From: Eledone cirrhosa
Lineage: Eukaryota
Assembly: GCA_964016885.1 (NCBI GenBank)
Contig: OZ024743.1
Coordinates: 199,392,001-199,456,000, forward strand
Length of the DNA: 64,000 nucleotides
Direction: 5' to 3'
In this document: piece after piece, positions 11,397 through 22,810 of the stretch
How the letters are laid out: each line of letters begins with the position of its first letter
How positions within the stretch are numbered: position 1 is the first letter of the stretch
The notes under the pieces: generated by a model
What the model was told of the DNA's origin: nothing
Databases searched by the model: none
What the model saw: the letters and a program-made list of their open reading frames with translations, nothing else
Made by a program: the position numbers and the translations under genes

Positions 11397-13549
11397 AGCA
11401 GAATCGGCGAGAGTAACCGATCTAGGGACCTAACAAACTGCATAATAGGTAGTATGGATGTTGTGTCCCTGTATCCATCTATTGACGTGGATTTTGCTGT
11501 GGAGAAATGCGTAGAAATGATCAGTGAGAGCAATGTTGAGTTCCGTGGGATTGATACCAGTGAGCTGGTCTCCTACTTAAACTTACCTATAGTAATAATT
11601 ACCTAGACACATATGACCTTAGCAACCTGTGCCCTACAAGACCAGCAAGAGGCAGACCACCTACCATTACCTCAATGGCCAAGAAAACCCACACAGATAG
11701 ATGGAACGGGTGGACCAGAGCCATACGGACACCCGAAAACCACGATGAACTGAAGAAAATGATTGCACATGTGGTAGGGGCCAGCATAAAACTAACCCTT
11801 AAGGAACATATGTTCAAATTTAATGGAAAATAATATGCCCAAGAGGAAGGAGCAGCCATTGGTGTTAGCATTGCAGGCGACATAGCTAACTTATTCAAGG
11901 TATGGTGGGACAGTAGACTTAAACTTAAACTTAAAGAACAATTAGAAGACCCCTTAACCCTGATAATGTACTCCCGCTACGTTGACGATATAAACATCGT
12001 AGTTAAGACACCCCCACTAGAGAACAGTCAGGAACTAGAGAAAAACACAATGGAAAGCATCCAGCAAATAGCTAACTCCATCCACCAGACTATTAGAGTT
12101 ACTATAGACTACCCAAGTAAACACCCCAACCATCGATTACCTGTACTAGACACAGAGCTCTGGTTAGATACCATTAATAACAAAAAACAAATCCTCCATT
12201 CCCATTATGCCAAACCCATGACTTCCAAACATCTGATCCACCGAAACTCGGCTGTTTCGGAACATACCAAAATCAACATACTGATTACGGATTTGGTACG
12301 GGTGATGAGAAACGTGTCCCGCATGTGCAACCCCGAAGAACTAGAGAGACACATACAACACTTCATCCACCGTATGCAGTTATCTGGTTACAATCAGAGA
12401 GATAGAATCAGAGTGTATAGAGGAGCCAGAACCAAATGGGAAAAAATGGTAAATAATGACACAAATGGGACCTGCCCCTTGTATAGGAGCAAATTTTGGA
12501 ATAGAATAGAAAGAACTAGGAATAAGGCTAATAGAATAAACTCATGGTATGATAGCAATAAATACCAGAGTGTAATGTTCATCGATACAACCCCTAGAGG
12601 TGAATTAGCTTACAAATTTAGAAGGGCCCTAGATAAACATAAACTCAATATTAAGATAGTAGAAAGAGCAGGTACCTCCGTAAAAAACACTTATTAGCAA
12701 GACATACCCTTTCCAAAGACCCCCTGTATAGATAAGAAATGCATAACCTGTAAAATAAGCCCCCACATTAACTGTAAAACTAGAAATGTAGTGTATAGCA
12801 TAAGATGTACTGAAGGACAATGTAGAGACAAAAATATAGTGTACATAGGTGAGACAGCTCATAGTGTAGGGGAACGGATAAATGAACACTGGCGAGACCT
12901 TCAAGATAGTAAAGAATCATCTGTACTCTACCAACATGCTAAAATAGAACATAAGGGTAAATTAGAGAACATAGAAATAAAAATAGAATCTACACACAGA
13001 AAAGATGCAATGTTTAGACAAATCACAGAGGCAATAAACATAAAAGAATTACAACCAAAATTAAATAGAAAATATGAGTGGAACAGCAACATCACAACTT
13101 ACAATTAAGGACAAAATGAAAACACACACACACAGAACAAACAACCAACCGGTAACATATAAATAAACAAATAAATAAACAAATATAAACACATACAGAC
13201 ACCCGGATGTGGCGCATGCGCAGACTGAGCACACAACACACACACAGAAACAAAATGGCGTAGGACAGAACAAAAGAGAGGCACAGAAACAAAGAAAGGA
13301 ATCCCCAGTCACTGAAGAGGTCACAGAGTGTGTGACGAAAGAACTATGACTATATATAAACAACTATCTGGTTGTGGAACCAACCAACCAACCAGATTTA
13401 TAAATTTATAAATTTATTATAATAAATTGAAGTGAAAGCAACTGGTGCGTGTGTTTCTTATTGGCAACATGACCCTCCCAAAGTATAACAATATCGGTTT
13501 CAACACACGATTTCAGATAAAGAATCTTGCTAAACAAATTCAGAAACGA
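11396..13549 (+). mobile_element. Penelope-like retroelement, right arm (RT core + GIY-YIG + pLTR)
   Basis: ORF pieces 11361-11606, 11966-12697, 12791-13108 nearly identical to the left arm; Cys-rich linker PCIDKKCITC...NC before GIY-YIG (Neptune-like, inference). Confidence 0.93.
13307..13351 (+). ncRNA. Minimal hammerhead in the Penelope pLTR (right arm)
   Basis: agtca-CTGAAGA-G-GTCACA gagtg TGTGAC-GAAA-GAAC-TA-tgact; intact core and 5-bp stem I. Confidence 0.85.
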
Positions 13550-13861
13550 TATATATATATATATTGTCGAAGCTCTTTTGTCAAACATTCTGTATATATA
13601 TATATGTATATGTATATATACACACATAATATATAAACTTATGTATCACTTCTACATCCATAAAGTAAAAAAATATATATAAAGATATAGGTGAGGTCAT
13701 ATTGACTGAGTATATAAAAAAGAAACATTTTAAAACTTACAAAAATACCAACAAAATTTGTCCCAGTGCTTTTAATTTAATGATTTCGAATACGGAGTTA
13801 AGTATTGTAAATGAGTTTCTATTCGTTTTCATTATCAGGAATCTAATTAATACCGAGAATG

Positions 13862-13889
13862 ATTTTGTTGTTGCTGCTGGTGCTGCTGA

Positions 13890-13921
<32 letters not shown>

Positions 13922-14123
13922 TTTCTGCTGCTGCTAGTACTACTACTACCACTACTACTACTACTACTACTACTATTACTGGTGCTGCCGCTGCTGCTAC
14001 TGCTGCTACTACTACTACTACCACTACTACTTCTACTACTACCGCCACTACCACTATTTCTTCTACCACCACTACCACTACTACTTCTACTACTACCACT
14101 TTTACTACTAATAGTAATAATAA
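13862..14123. repeat. Compound (CTA)n/(GCT)n/(CCA)n microsatellite
   Basis: Direct triplet repeats. Confidence 0.9.
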
Positions 14124-14314
14124 TAATTGCTTCTACTTTAGGCACAAGGCCAGCAATTACCCAGTGTATTACTGGTACTTTATTTCATCGACCCCGTAAG
14201 GATGAAAGGCAAAGTTAACCTCGGCGGGATTTGAACTCAGAATGGCAAGGGCCGTAACTCTATGCGTCAAAGCATGACATCCAACCCTCTACCAATACTG
14301 CCAATCCACCGCCC
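14124..14314 (-). mobile_element. SINE group A, full length
   Basis: Reverse complement of consensus; (AAT)n on both sides. Confidence 0.9.
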
Positions 14315-15195
14315 TTAGTAATAATAATAATGATAATAATAGTGATGAGAAGAAATTTTGTTGTTGTTGTCCTTCTTAAAATTATTATTGTGCTGGTGAT
14401 AACAACTATAATAATGTATACTTATTTAGAAGTTTAGCAAAATATATCTTCTTTCATTAAAAAAAAAATGAATTCATCTAAAGTTATTAATCTTTTATTT
14501 AAACGAGAGAGTTTACGAGCCAATACCGTGCTAGTGGAACCTTAGAATATAACATCTGATGTTTTAATGAACATAGTAATTACCACTTCAGCAGATGCTA
14601 TGTAGTTCTGGTAATTATTATAGACTTTAATTCTAAATGTCAACTTTTAAATTCTATAGATTATTGGCTTTAAATTGAAAACATATGTGATTAATTCAAC
14701 ATTTTTTCTTCTGAGTCTCCAAGAAAAATGGCTTCATAGCATTTCTACATTTCTTGTTTTACTTCTTAAAATGCTAATGACATATTTTCATTTTCTGTTT
14801 CATCAGCAGATTTTTTTTCTATTCTTTTAGTGCTTTCAACAGTTAACTGGGCTCCACCTTTAAGTCAATCCTATCAAGCCCAGTACTTATTTACATTTTG
14901 TATCTGTTATAGCAAACTGGTAAATTAGATTTTTTAATACAAAATGATACTCATACACAAGCACATGCACACACACATACATGCATACACACACAGATAT
15001 ATATATGTGTGTATATATGTGGTTGTGTATATCTGTGTATAGGAAGGGCATCCAGCTGTAGAAACCAAGCCAAAATCAGTTCTGTGTGAGTGAAACCACA
15101 TCCTCCATCCTGATCTCTCACAAAGAGCCATGCTAGCATGGAAAATGGACGTTAAACGATGATATATATATGTATATATATATATGTATATAAAG

Positions 15196-15261
<66 letters not shown>

Positions 15262-16869
15262 AGAGAGAGAGAGATTTGAAAAAAGGAAAAGAATGACTTC
15301 ACTTGTAGTTGGTGTTCTAAACAATTTAATTTTACAATTACAATTTGGCTATGTAGATCTAGTAAGTCCTTTGTTAACTTTGGTGGTAAGTGTTTTCTTA
15401 AAAATCCTGTTTAACTTTCTGGAGAACTTTCAAGGTAGAAAAAGATGACAAGCATGTGAGAACAGGAAAATGGACCAAAACTCTTAAATACACAACTAAA
15501 TTTCTCGCTTCTTCATTTCTTTATATTAGGCATGGCTATTTCTTTGATTGCAGCAGAACCCTGTTATCAATGTTACTAAGATTTTTGTTTTAGTTTAGTT
15601 TCTCTGAGGTTTTTTGATTCTAGGTTTTGTTTTCATGTCTGGAATTTCTTCTCTGAATCACTAAATCATCCACAGATTGCTCTGTAGATATTAAGCTTAT
15701 AGGAGTTCCCAAGGGCAGTCAGGCTTTAGACTGCTTTGTTATGGCCTTAATAAATAAGAGTGGACTGACAAGCAAGCCCTCAATAACACCTATCGGTCTA
15801 TTGAATTCCTCACTAAACTTATTGACTACTCTCATTTTGTTGGCTGCACCTCTATATATAGCTTGCACTGCTCACACATCATAATTGTTTTATATTCACT
15901 TTCCATATTGATGTGAGTTTGACAAATCATTATGATCATGGTTAGAGTTCACAGAGTAAATAGCACTCTTAAGTCTTTTTGGAGACTGGATAACCTCTTT
16001 AGTGATGGTGCCAGAGCACTGTAAAGTATTTAATCAAACAGAGACAAATGTAGGTTAAAAGGTGTTCAGTAAATGTGTCAAGGACATGAAAACCTTTCTA
16101 GTGCTGATGCTATAATAAAATGAAACCAGTATACTCTGTAAATGGGGTGGCTTTTAGGAAGGGCATTAAATCCTAGAAACCATGCCAAAATTTTAATATA
16201 CACACAGATAATTATAATTATGTGTATATTATTGTTGTTTAGCCATACATCGATGTAGCAGACCTATGATCAAAGGTCTTCCACATCCATCTTGTCTATA
16301 TTATGACATACTTTATATAAGACTACATCATGCAATGACTTACTTTAATTATTGGTATATTTTGATGAGGGAATTCTGGCTGCTATTTCTTGTAGATTGA
16401 ATGACAACATAAAAGCTTCTTTATTGACTTCATTGTATGTAAGTATTACATTATTTCTCAATGTCCTGTAATTAATTTAGCAGAAAATAGTTAAAAACGT
16501 GTTAGTTACTTCAAATGGTAATGTATTATTATGTTTACTAGTGGACTGGTTTTTATGAAAGAAATCTTCAATCTTTAATGTGATGCAGTCATAGTGGTGT
16601 TTTGTATTTTTCAAGAATGTCTTGCTAATGTGGTTTCATATGGAGCAGGATGCTAAAAGTTTAAAAAGCTTATTTAGTTATAGTTTGACATTAAGAATTT
16701 TCATAAACACTTTCTACACAGAATCTATTTTAAATATTATGTTAAACAGTTTTCGTTTTCTTTTTAACATAGACAAATTTGAATTGAAAAGAATTAGAGA
16801 AAGAACTGATGATGATAATGATATATAGCAGGGAAAGTAGATGTTAAAACGACATTGATAATATATATA

Positions 16870-16996
16870 TATATATTAGAAAAAGTTAGGGCCCAATGGC
16901 TGAGCACTTGCCGTTTTGACAGCTATTTCCAGTGTCTGGAACTAGCTGTCAAAACAGTAAGAGCTCATCATTGGGCCCTGACTCTCTCTAATATAT
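16870..16996. repeat. ~125-bp imperfect palindrome at a (TA)n tract
   Basis: atatattaga..ttagggcccaatgg...ttccag TGT ctggaa...cattgggccctga..tctaatatat. Confidence 0.9.
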
Positions 16997-17372
16997 CTTT
17001 CTTTATTTGCCACAGGGGCATACAAAAATGGGACATTACAAGACGTGATGGCGGGGGTTTTACATAAAAATAACTTTAACATTAATAAATGACAATAAAC
17101 TATATATAATAAAATAACAATTGAAATCCCCAATAGGGGGGAACGTTACTGCAAGTATGTTTCACACCCCATGAATAGAACAACCCTCAACAAAAGGAAC
17201 ACGTTTCGTAGGTGTTCACGTCTTCCCTCTGTTTACCTTCCTCAACCTACAGATTTATATACAGAGAAGGCCCATTCACTCGAGCCATTTTTGCCACATT
17301 CACCCACCTTTCAGCGAATTTACTGGGGTGTAGCACCTCTCTCTTCACTCTCACCTTCCTTCTGAAGTGATT
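16996..17372 (-). mobile_element. Tx1/L1-clade LINE 3' fragment (third family)
   Basis: Minus translation RKVRVKREVLHPSKFAERWVNVAKMARVNGPSLYINL* matches the ORF2 C-termini ending at 26226 and 50205; 3' end cccctgtggcaaataaagaaag. Confidence 0.85.
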
Positions 17373-17647
17373 GTTAAACTATGGTCTAACTAGTTTAATA
17401 CTGGTTTAATCCATATACACACACACGCACATATATATATATAAATGTAAGTATGCATACATACACACATATATATATAGACACACACATATATATATAT
17501 ATATACATACATATATACATATGTGTGGATGGGTTAAATTGAATATTAGTAATAATATTCACTTCGTTTGTAAACAAACGGCCCGATTAAAGCTGCGCTG
17601 TGCCTATGACAAATTGTCATCCGTTTGTTCAACACTGGCATTGAGGA

Positions 17648-17690
17648 ACAATCAACATGTTTCTGGGTCATTACCCTTCATCAGGACTGT
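17648..17690 (-). ncRNA. Minimal type-I hammerhead (family H3), left arm of foldback ~17550-17870
   Basis: Minus: acagtc-CTGATGA-a-GGGT aatg ACCC-a-GAAA-CATG-TT-gattgt; palindromic ACATGT stem III. Confidence 0.85.
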
Positions 17691-17730
17691 ATAACTCTGC
17701 CAATATTTTCAACCGTTCAACAGATTGGCA

Positions 17731-17785
17731 GGGGAATACAGTCCTGATGAAAGGTAATGACCCAGAAACATGTTAATTGTTCCCC
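17731..17785 (+). ncRNA. Minimal type-I hammerhead (H3), right arm
   Basis: ggggaatacagtc-CTGATGA-aaggtaatgaccca-GAAA-CATG-TT-aattgttcccc. Confidence 0.78.
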
Positions 17786-17916
17786 AATGCCAGTGTTGAA
17801 CAAACGGATGATGATTTGTCATCAGCATAGCTTTAACTGGGCCGTTTTTTCACAAACGAATCAAATATTATTATTATTTATATTCGATATAACCCATATA
17901 TACATATATATATGTA

Positions 17917-17954
<38 letters not shown>

Positions 17955-17958
<4 letters not shown>

Positions 17959-18612
17959 CAAAATTAAATTAAATTAAGGGAGTCATATCCGAGACATGCG
18001 CCCTATCCACCATAGAATAAACTCAAAGATTCCAATGAATAGATCTGACCATTTTATATCAACTAGAAATTGATTGACATATATATATATATATATTTTA
18101 AATAAACACGTGAAACAATCACAGGGGATAATTTGTAAAGTGTGTAACCACACACAGCTAGGTAGGTAACTAATTAAAGTTTAACTAGAACTTCAAATAT
18201 TACCTTTTAAAAATGATTAATCTTCCTTGTATATATTTCATTAAAGAAATATATTTCACCATTAATCCGTAAAGTCACAGTAGTCAAATCCTGGATCTTC
18301 AGCAAGGGAGAAGATTTAACTATCTGTGTTTACACATCAAATGCAAATCTGCGAATGACCCGTCGCACGTGCTACATTTTTAAAAACTACACACATCGTG
18401 CCAGCATCATCCGAGTGGCATGAATAGGGTTATCGACAGGTAGAAATAGCAGCTGAGTCCTTTCAACTGAGTTAGTTCTACAATTAAGGGGTGGTGTATA
18501 TATCCAAAATTAAATTAAATTAAGGGAGTCATGTCCGAGACATGCGGCATATCCACCGTAGAATAAGCTCAAAGATTCCAATGAATAGATCCGAGCATTT
18601 TATATCAACTAG
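17955..18612. repeat. Unclassified element bounded by ~110-bp direct repeats (17955-18066 and 18499-18612)
   Basis: atccaaaattaaattaaattaagggagtcat...ttttatatcaactag occurs twice; (TA)n flanks. Confidence 0.75.
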
Positions 18613-19417
18613 TTGATATATATATATATAGTGGTAGAACGCAGGAAGGTAATATCTGTAGTGGTAGAGCACTCAGTCCATGGGACATAATCATGGCAAG
18701 AGTGTACGCATTTCTTCTAACTTTAAATTTATACCTAATTGTGTATGGTTGACAGTATATTTAGTCGATTTCTACATGCTGTTGAAATGTTGGGTAAATA
18801 TTCTATTGCGGTCGGCCGCGAAGAGGCTGCTTTCGTTTATTTATCAAATATTTCTTCATAGGAGCCTTTATTCTTATCGCCTGGTCTAATTGATTTTTTA
18901 TGTGGTTAATTATGCTAATTGGGAGAGGAAATAGTGTATATATTTTATCAAATGATTCTATGGACATAATTTAAGTGTAACCACTTATATATATATATAT
19001 ATATATACATATATATGTGCATGTGTGTGTATATCTATATATATATATATATGTGTGTATGTGTGTGTATGTGTGTACATTTGCATACTTACATTTATGT
19101 ATCAGCTGTGCTAGGGCGAGAAATAAAATTCTAATTTTATATATATATATATTAAAGGTATGTGTTCCTACATGTAATTAATACACATAGGGACATAGGT
19201 ATAGTCTGACCGTATGCCAGTGTGGTTCAATGGCAAGTTAATAAATTAACAAGCCAGAACATATAAAATCAAGGGAGTGTAAACACAGAAACTATCTTAA
19301 AAAATATAAAAAATATAAATTCCAAAAAATTCACTGTACTTACTATATGTGCCCTTACCACGGTTTCAGATCCCAAACAAATAGAAAATCCAAGCAGATT
19401 TCCTTATGTATATATAT

Positions 19418-19764
19418 GGAGGCACATGGCTTAGTGGTTAGAGCATTGGGCTTGCAATCGAAAGGTTGTGAGTTCAATTCTCAGACCGGGTGATGTGTTG
19501 TTTCCTTGAGTAAGACACTTTATTTCACATTGCTCCAGTTTACTCAGCTGTAGAAATGAGATGATAGGACTGGGGTCCATATCAGTCCACTTCAAAGTGA
19601 TCGTCGAGGTGCCACGGCAAAAAAAGCACCCAGCACTCACTGTAAATGATGTTGGTGTTAGGAAGGGCATCCAGCTGTAGAAATCAAGCCAGAATCAGTT
19701 CCCGTCCCACTCTTGCAAGCAGGGAAAAGCGGGCGTAAAATGAAATGATGAATGATGATGATGA

Positions 19765-19768
<4 letters not shown>
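19418..19768 (+). mobile_element. CORE-like SINE group B with RTE-derived tail
   Basis: tRNA head TGGCTTAGTGG / GAGTTCAATTC, CORE-like segment, 3' end matches the RTE LINE end at 53945-53987, (GAT)n tail. Confidence 0.9.
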
Positions 19769-19845
<77 letters not shown>

Positions 19846-20820
19846 GAGAAAGTGAGGGAGAGATAATATAATCATGAGTAAAGAAAAAGAGAGATTTGAG
19901 ATTAATATTTCTGACAAAATGTATTTTATGAATTCAATGATGTGAAAGAATTAAGAATTATTATAATATGATGGAGAAAGTGTTTTCTTTTTTTCTTTAA
20001 TTGGGCTGTTAATAAGCAAAATTGACTAGACTGTTTATCATTTCTGAGAATAGTATGCTTAACTAGATTAACTTAAACAGTTTTAACAAATTGACTGTAA
20101 TGTAAATTGGAATATTTGTTAATCATATTGATAAAGTCGGTGTTTTAATAAACTTTCTTTAAACCTTACTAAGGCCCTACATAAGCAATCTTACGAAATT
20201 ATCATGTAATACAAGCAAATTTATACAGTTGAATGCTTTTTTGTAACGCTTATGTTTTTAGTGTTGTTGTTGTTGTTTAGTTCTTATTTAGTGTTTGCTT
20301 CACTGTTAAACCATTTAAAGTTAGAAAGAAGAAAGAAAGAAGTTTAACAAATTATTAGTATGACTAAATTCTGTCGATTGGTTTGCTGTTCTAGTAGTAA
20401 TAGGAGAAATTATCATTATTATTATTATTATTTTTATTTTCTTTCATTATTGTTTCTGAGATATATGCCGAGTGTCTTCCTGACGCCTAGGAAAAATAAA
20501 TTGACAGTGTGCATTGGTAAGCCAGTTAATACAGCACATTGATTATAATAAAAAAAGAACAGTTATTATTATTATCATTATTATTATTATTCGTAGCCGC
20601 ACATGTGTGAAGACAGACAAGTCTGCGGGGGAAACGGTTCGTAGCTTTAAGCTGTTTTAAAGTGTCTTTTTTTTGTATTTTCTTGTCATTAACAAAACTT
20701 AAGGTACACATCTTGATTTAAAGAGAGGGATACCTCTCAATATTCGGGCTTTAAGCCCGAATATTCAGATTTATTTTTAAAATCTTCGAAAAAAAATCGC
20801 TTCCCCACCAAAAGAAAATT

Positions 20821-22801
20821 ATGGAAATTTTCGACCTTGAAACGGTAAAAAACTTGCTGGTCAAAAGTTTAAAGGCAGCCACTGCAGATTTCACCACGAC
20901 TACGACGGCTACAGTCATGCCTGTCATCCACTCTACTGAATGTGAAGGCAAAACTAAAAAGCTACCATCACAATCTTCTGGCATAGCAGCAGTATCATCT
21001 GAAAACGACATCACCACCACCGCCACCACCACCACCACCACAACAACAACAACTCAGAGCAATAACGTCAAAAACACCGACAGCTTCATTGTAAACAAGG
21101 ATGGCGGTGGCAACAGCAAGAATGACAACAACAACAATAAGAGCATCAGAAACACCACATTTGCTGCAGCAGCAGCAGCAAAAACAAAGCGCTTATTGGA
21201 ATATCGATATTGATATTAGCGATAAAGACGAACAGTTAGCCAAAGCGTGGAGGCTAATTAAACGGGTGAAGTCCTGGGCAAACCTGACCATCCCGGATGA
21301 GGCAATAGCGGCCATGCAAAGGAGGACAGTGCTCTTTCGATGTATTTCGGTGCAGACACGAAAAGTGGAACTTGCGAGCCAAGCAGAGGTAGAGGCTGCA
21401 TTGGAGTACATCGGAAGTAACATAGAGTACAAAGCAAGAGGAAAACAGTTCGGTACCATCTCGGTACTGTTCAAATCCGAGGCCCTCGCTATTAAGCTCT
21501 CGGTGATCCCCTGCAGAACGGAACGCATTATCATGCATCCGTCCTATATGGGTAAAAGGACAGTGAAGGTACGCATTCCCAGCATCCCACCAGGAATTAA
21601 CATATGGTGGCTGCTGGGATGCGTAATCGAGGAGGGGACAGACACCACCCTCCTGGACATCAAAAGGACAGAGAGAGAAGACTGGTCCGGAATGGATTTG
21701 GAGATTCTTCTCCAAATGAAACCGGAGGATATAAATAACATCCCAGATTTTGCCCGCCTGCAGGACGGGACAACAATCCAACTAATGATTGACGGAAGAA
21801 GGCCACGCTGCTTCGTTTGCGGGGAAGCCACCCATCTTCAAGCCTTCTGCCCTCAGCGCAAAAATGCAGGGGGTCGCAAACCTCCTTTGTTGCCAATGCT
21901 AGTGTCAGCACGGAAAGCTGCACCACCACCACCACCAAAAACAACATCAACAAAAACACGGACACCAACATCAAAAGCAGCCGGATCACCACCAACACCA
22001 AAACCAATCCAAGGAGAAAACGAGGAAAGCTCTCCCACTCCCCCTACCCCCCCAACTATATACATAGACAAAAAAAAAATAAACGGACACACAGACACAG
22101 AGACACTCACAGACACAGACCCTTTGTCTTCCAGCAGCGAAGATGAAGGAAAACCCAAAAGTGCAAAAAAACAGAGAAAACTCACACAAAAAAAAAAGCC
22201 CCTACAAAACACAAAAACACACACAACAAAAAATACAGACACCACTAACGCAGACACTTCCCCAATAACATCAGCACCATCAGCAACATCGACACCACCT
22301 CCACAATCCCCGAAACACAAACAACCTAAACAAACACAAGTACAAATAAACACACAAATACCTGAAATTGCAGACACCACACCTACAACAAACATAGACA
22401 TACCCGAAACAACACCACCAAAACCATCGCCACCACCTTCACCAAAACGAAAACAAATAAAACCACACCAACAAAATGTTAAAAACTTCGTGCTTGTCAG
22501 AAGGGCCAACGATAAACTGATGGCCCTCTTAGCGCGAAGCGAGGACATTCAAACAGAGAGGGAGATTTTTGAAATGAGCACATTTTGCGTGCCAGAAGAT
22601 TTGCTTCTGGTCCGAATGTCACTCAATTCTTTCAAAGAAATTCGAGAGAGCTTTCCTCAAGACGTGGGAAACCCGAATGTGAAACCCACATCAAGACTTT
22701 TAAAGGGGTTCCCAAAAGAAACCCCACCAACCATGGAGGTCGAACCACCTGACCTTCACAAGACCCGGGAGGTAAGTAAACCTTCCCTCTCTCTCTCTTA
22801 G
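20821..22801 (+). pseudogene. Tx1 ORF1 (gag-like, CCHC knuckle), frameshift near 21200
   Basis: ORFs 20821-21213 and 21101-22801; CFVCGEATHLQAFC; Pro/Thr-rich tail; homologous to 44564-46729. Confidence 0.8.
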
Positions 22802-22810
22802 CTTACCAAT

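Noticed and set aside
16886-16981. microRNA precursor
   Set aside because: 3-nt loop, no recognised mature sequence, and arms match a dispersed repeat at 4857-4895
19418-19490. tRNA gene candidates at SINE heads
   Set aside because: A/B boxes are present but there is no complete cloverleaf, and each continues into a multicopy SINE body
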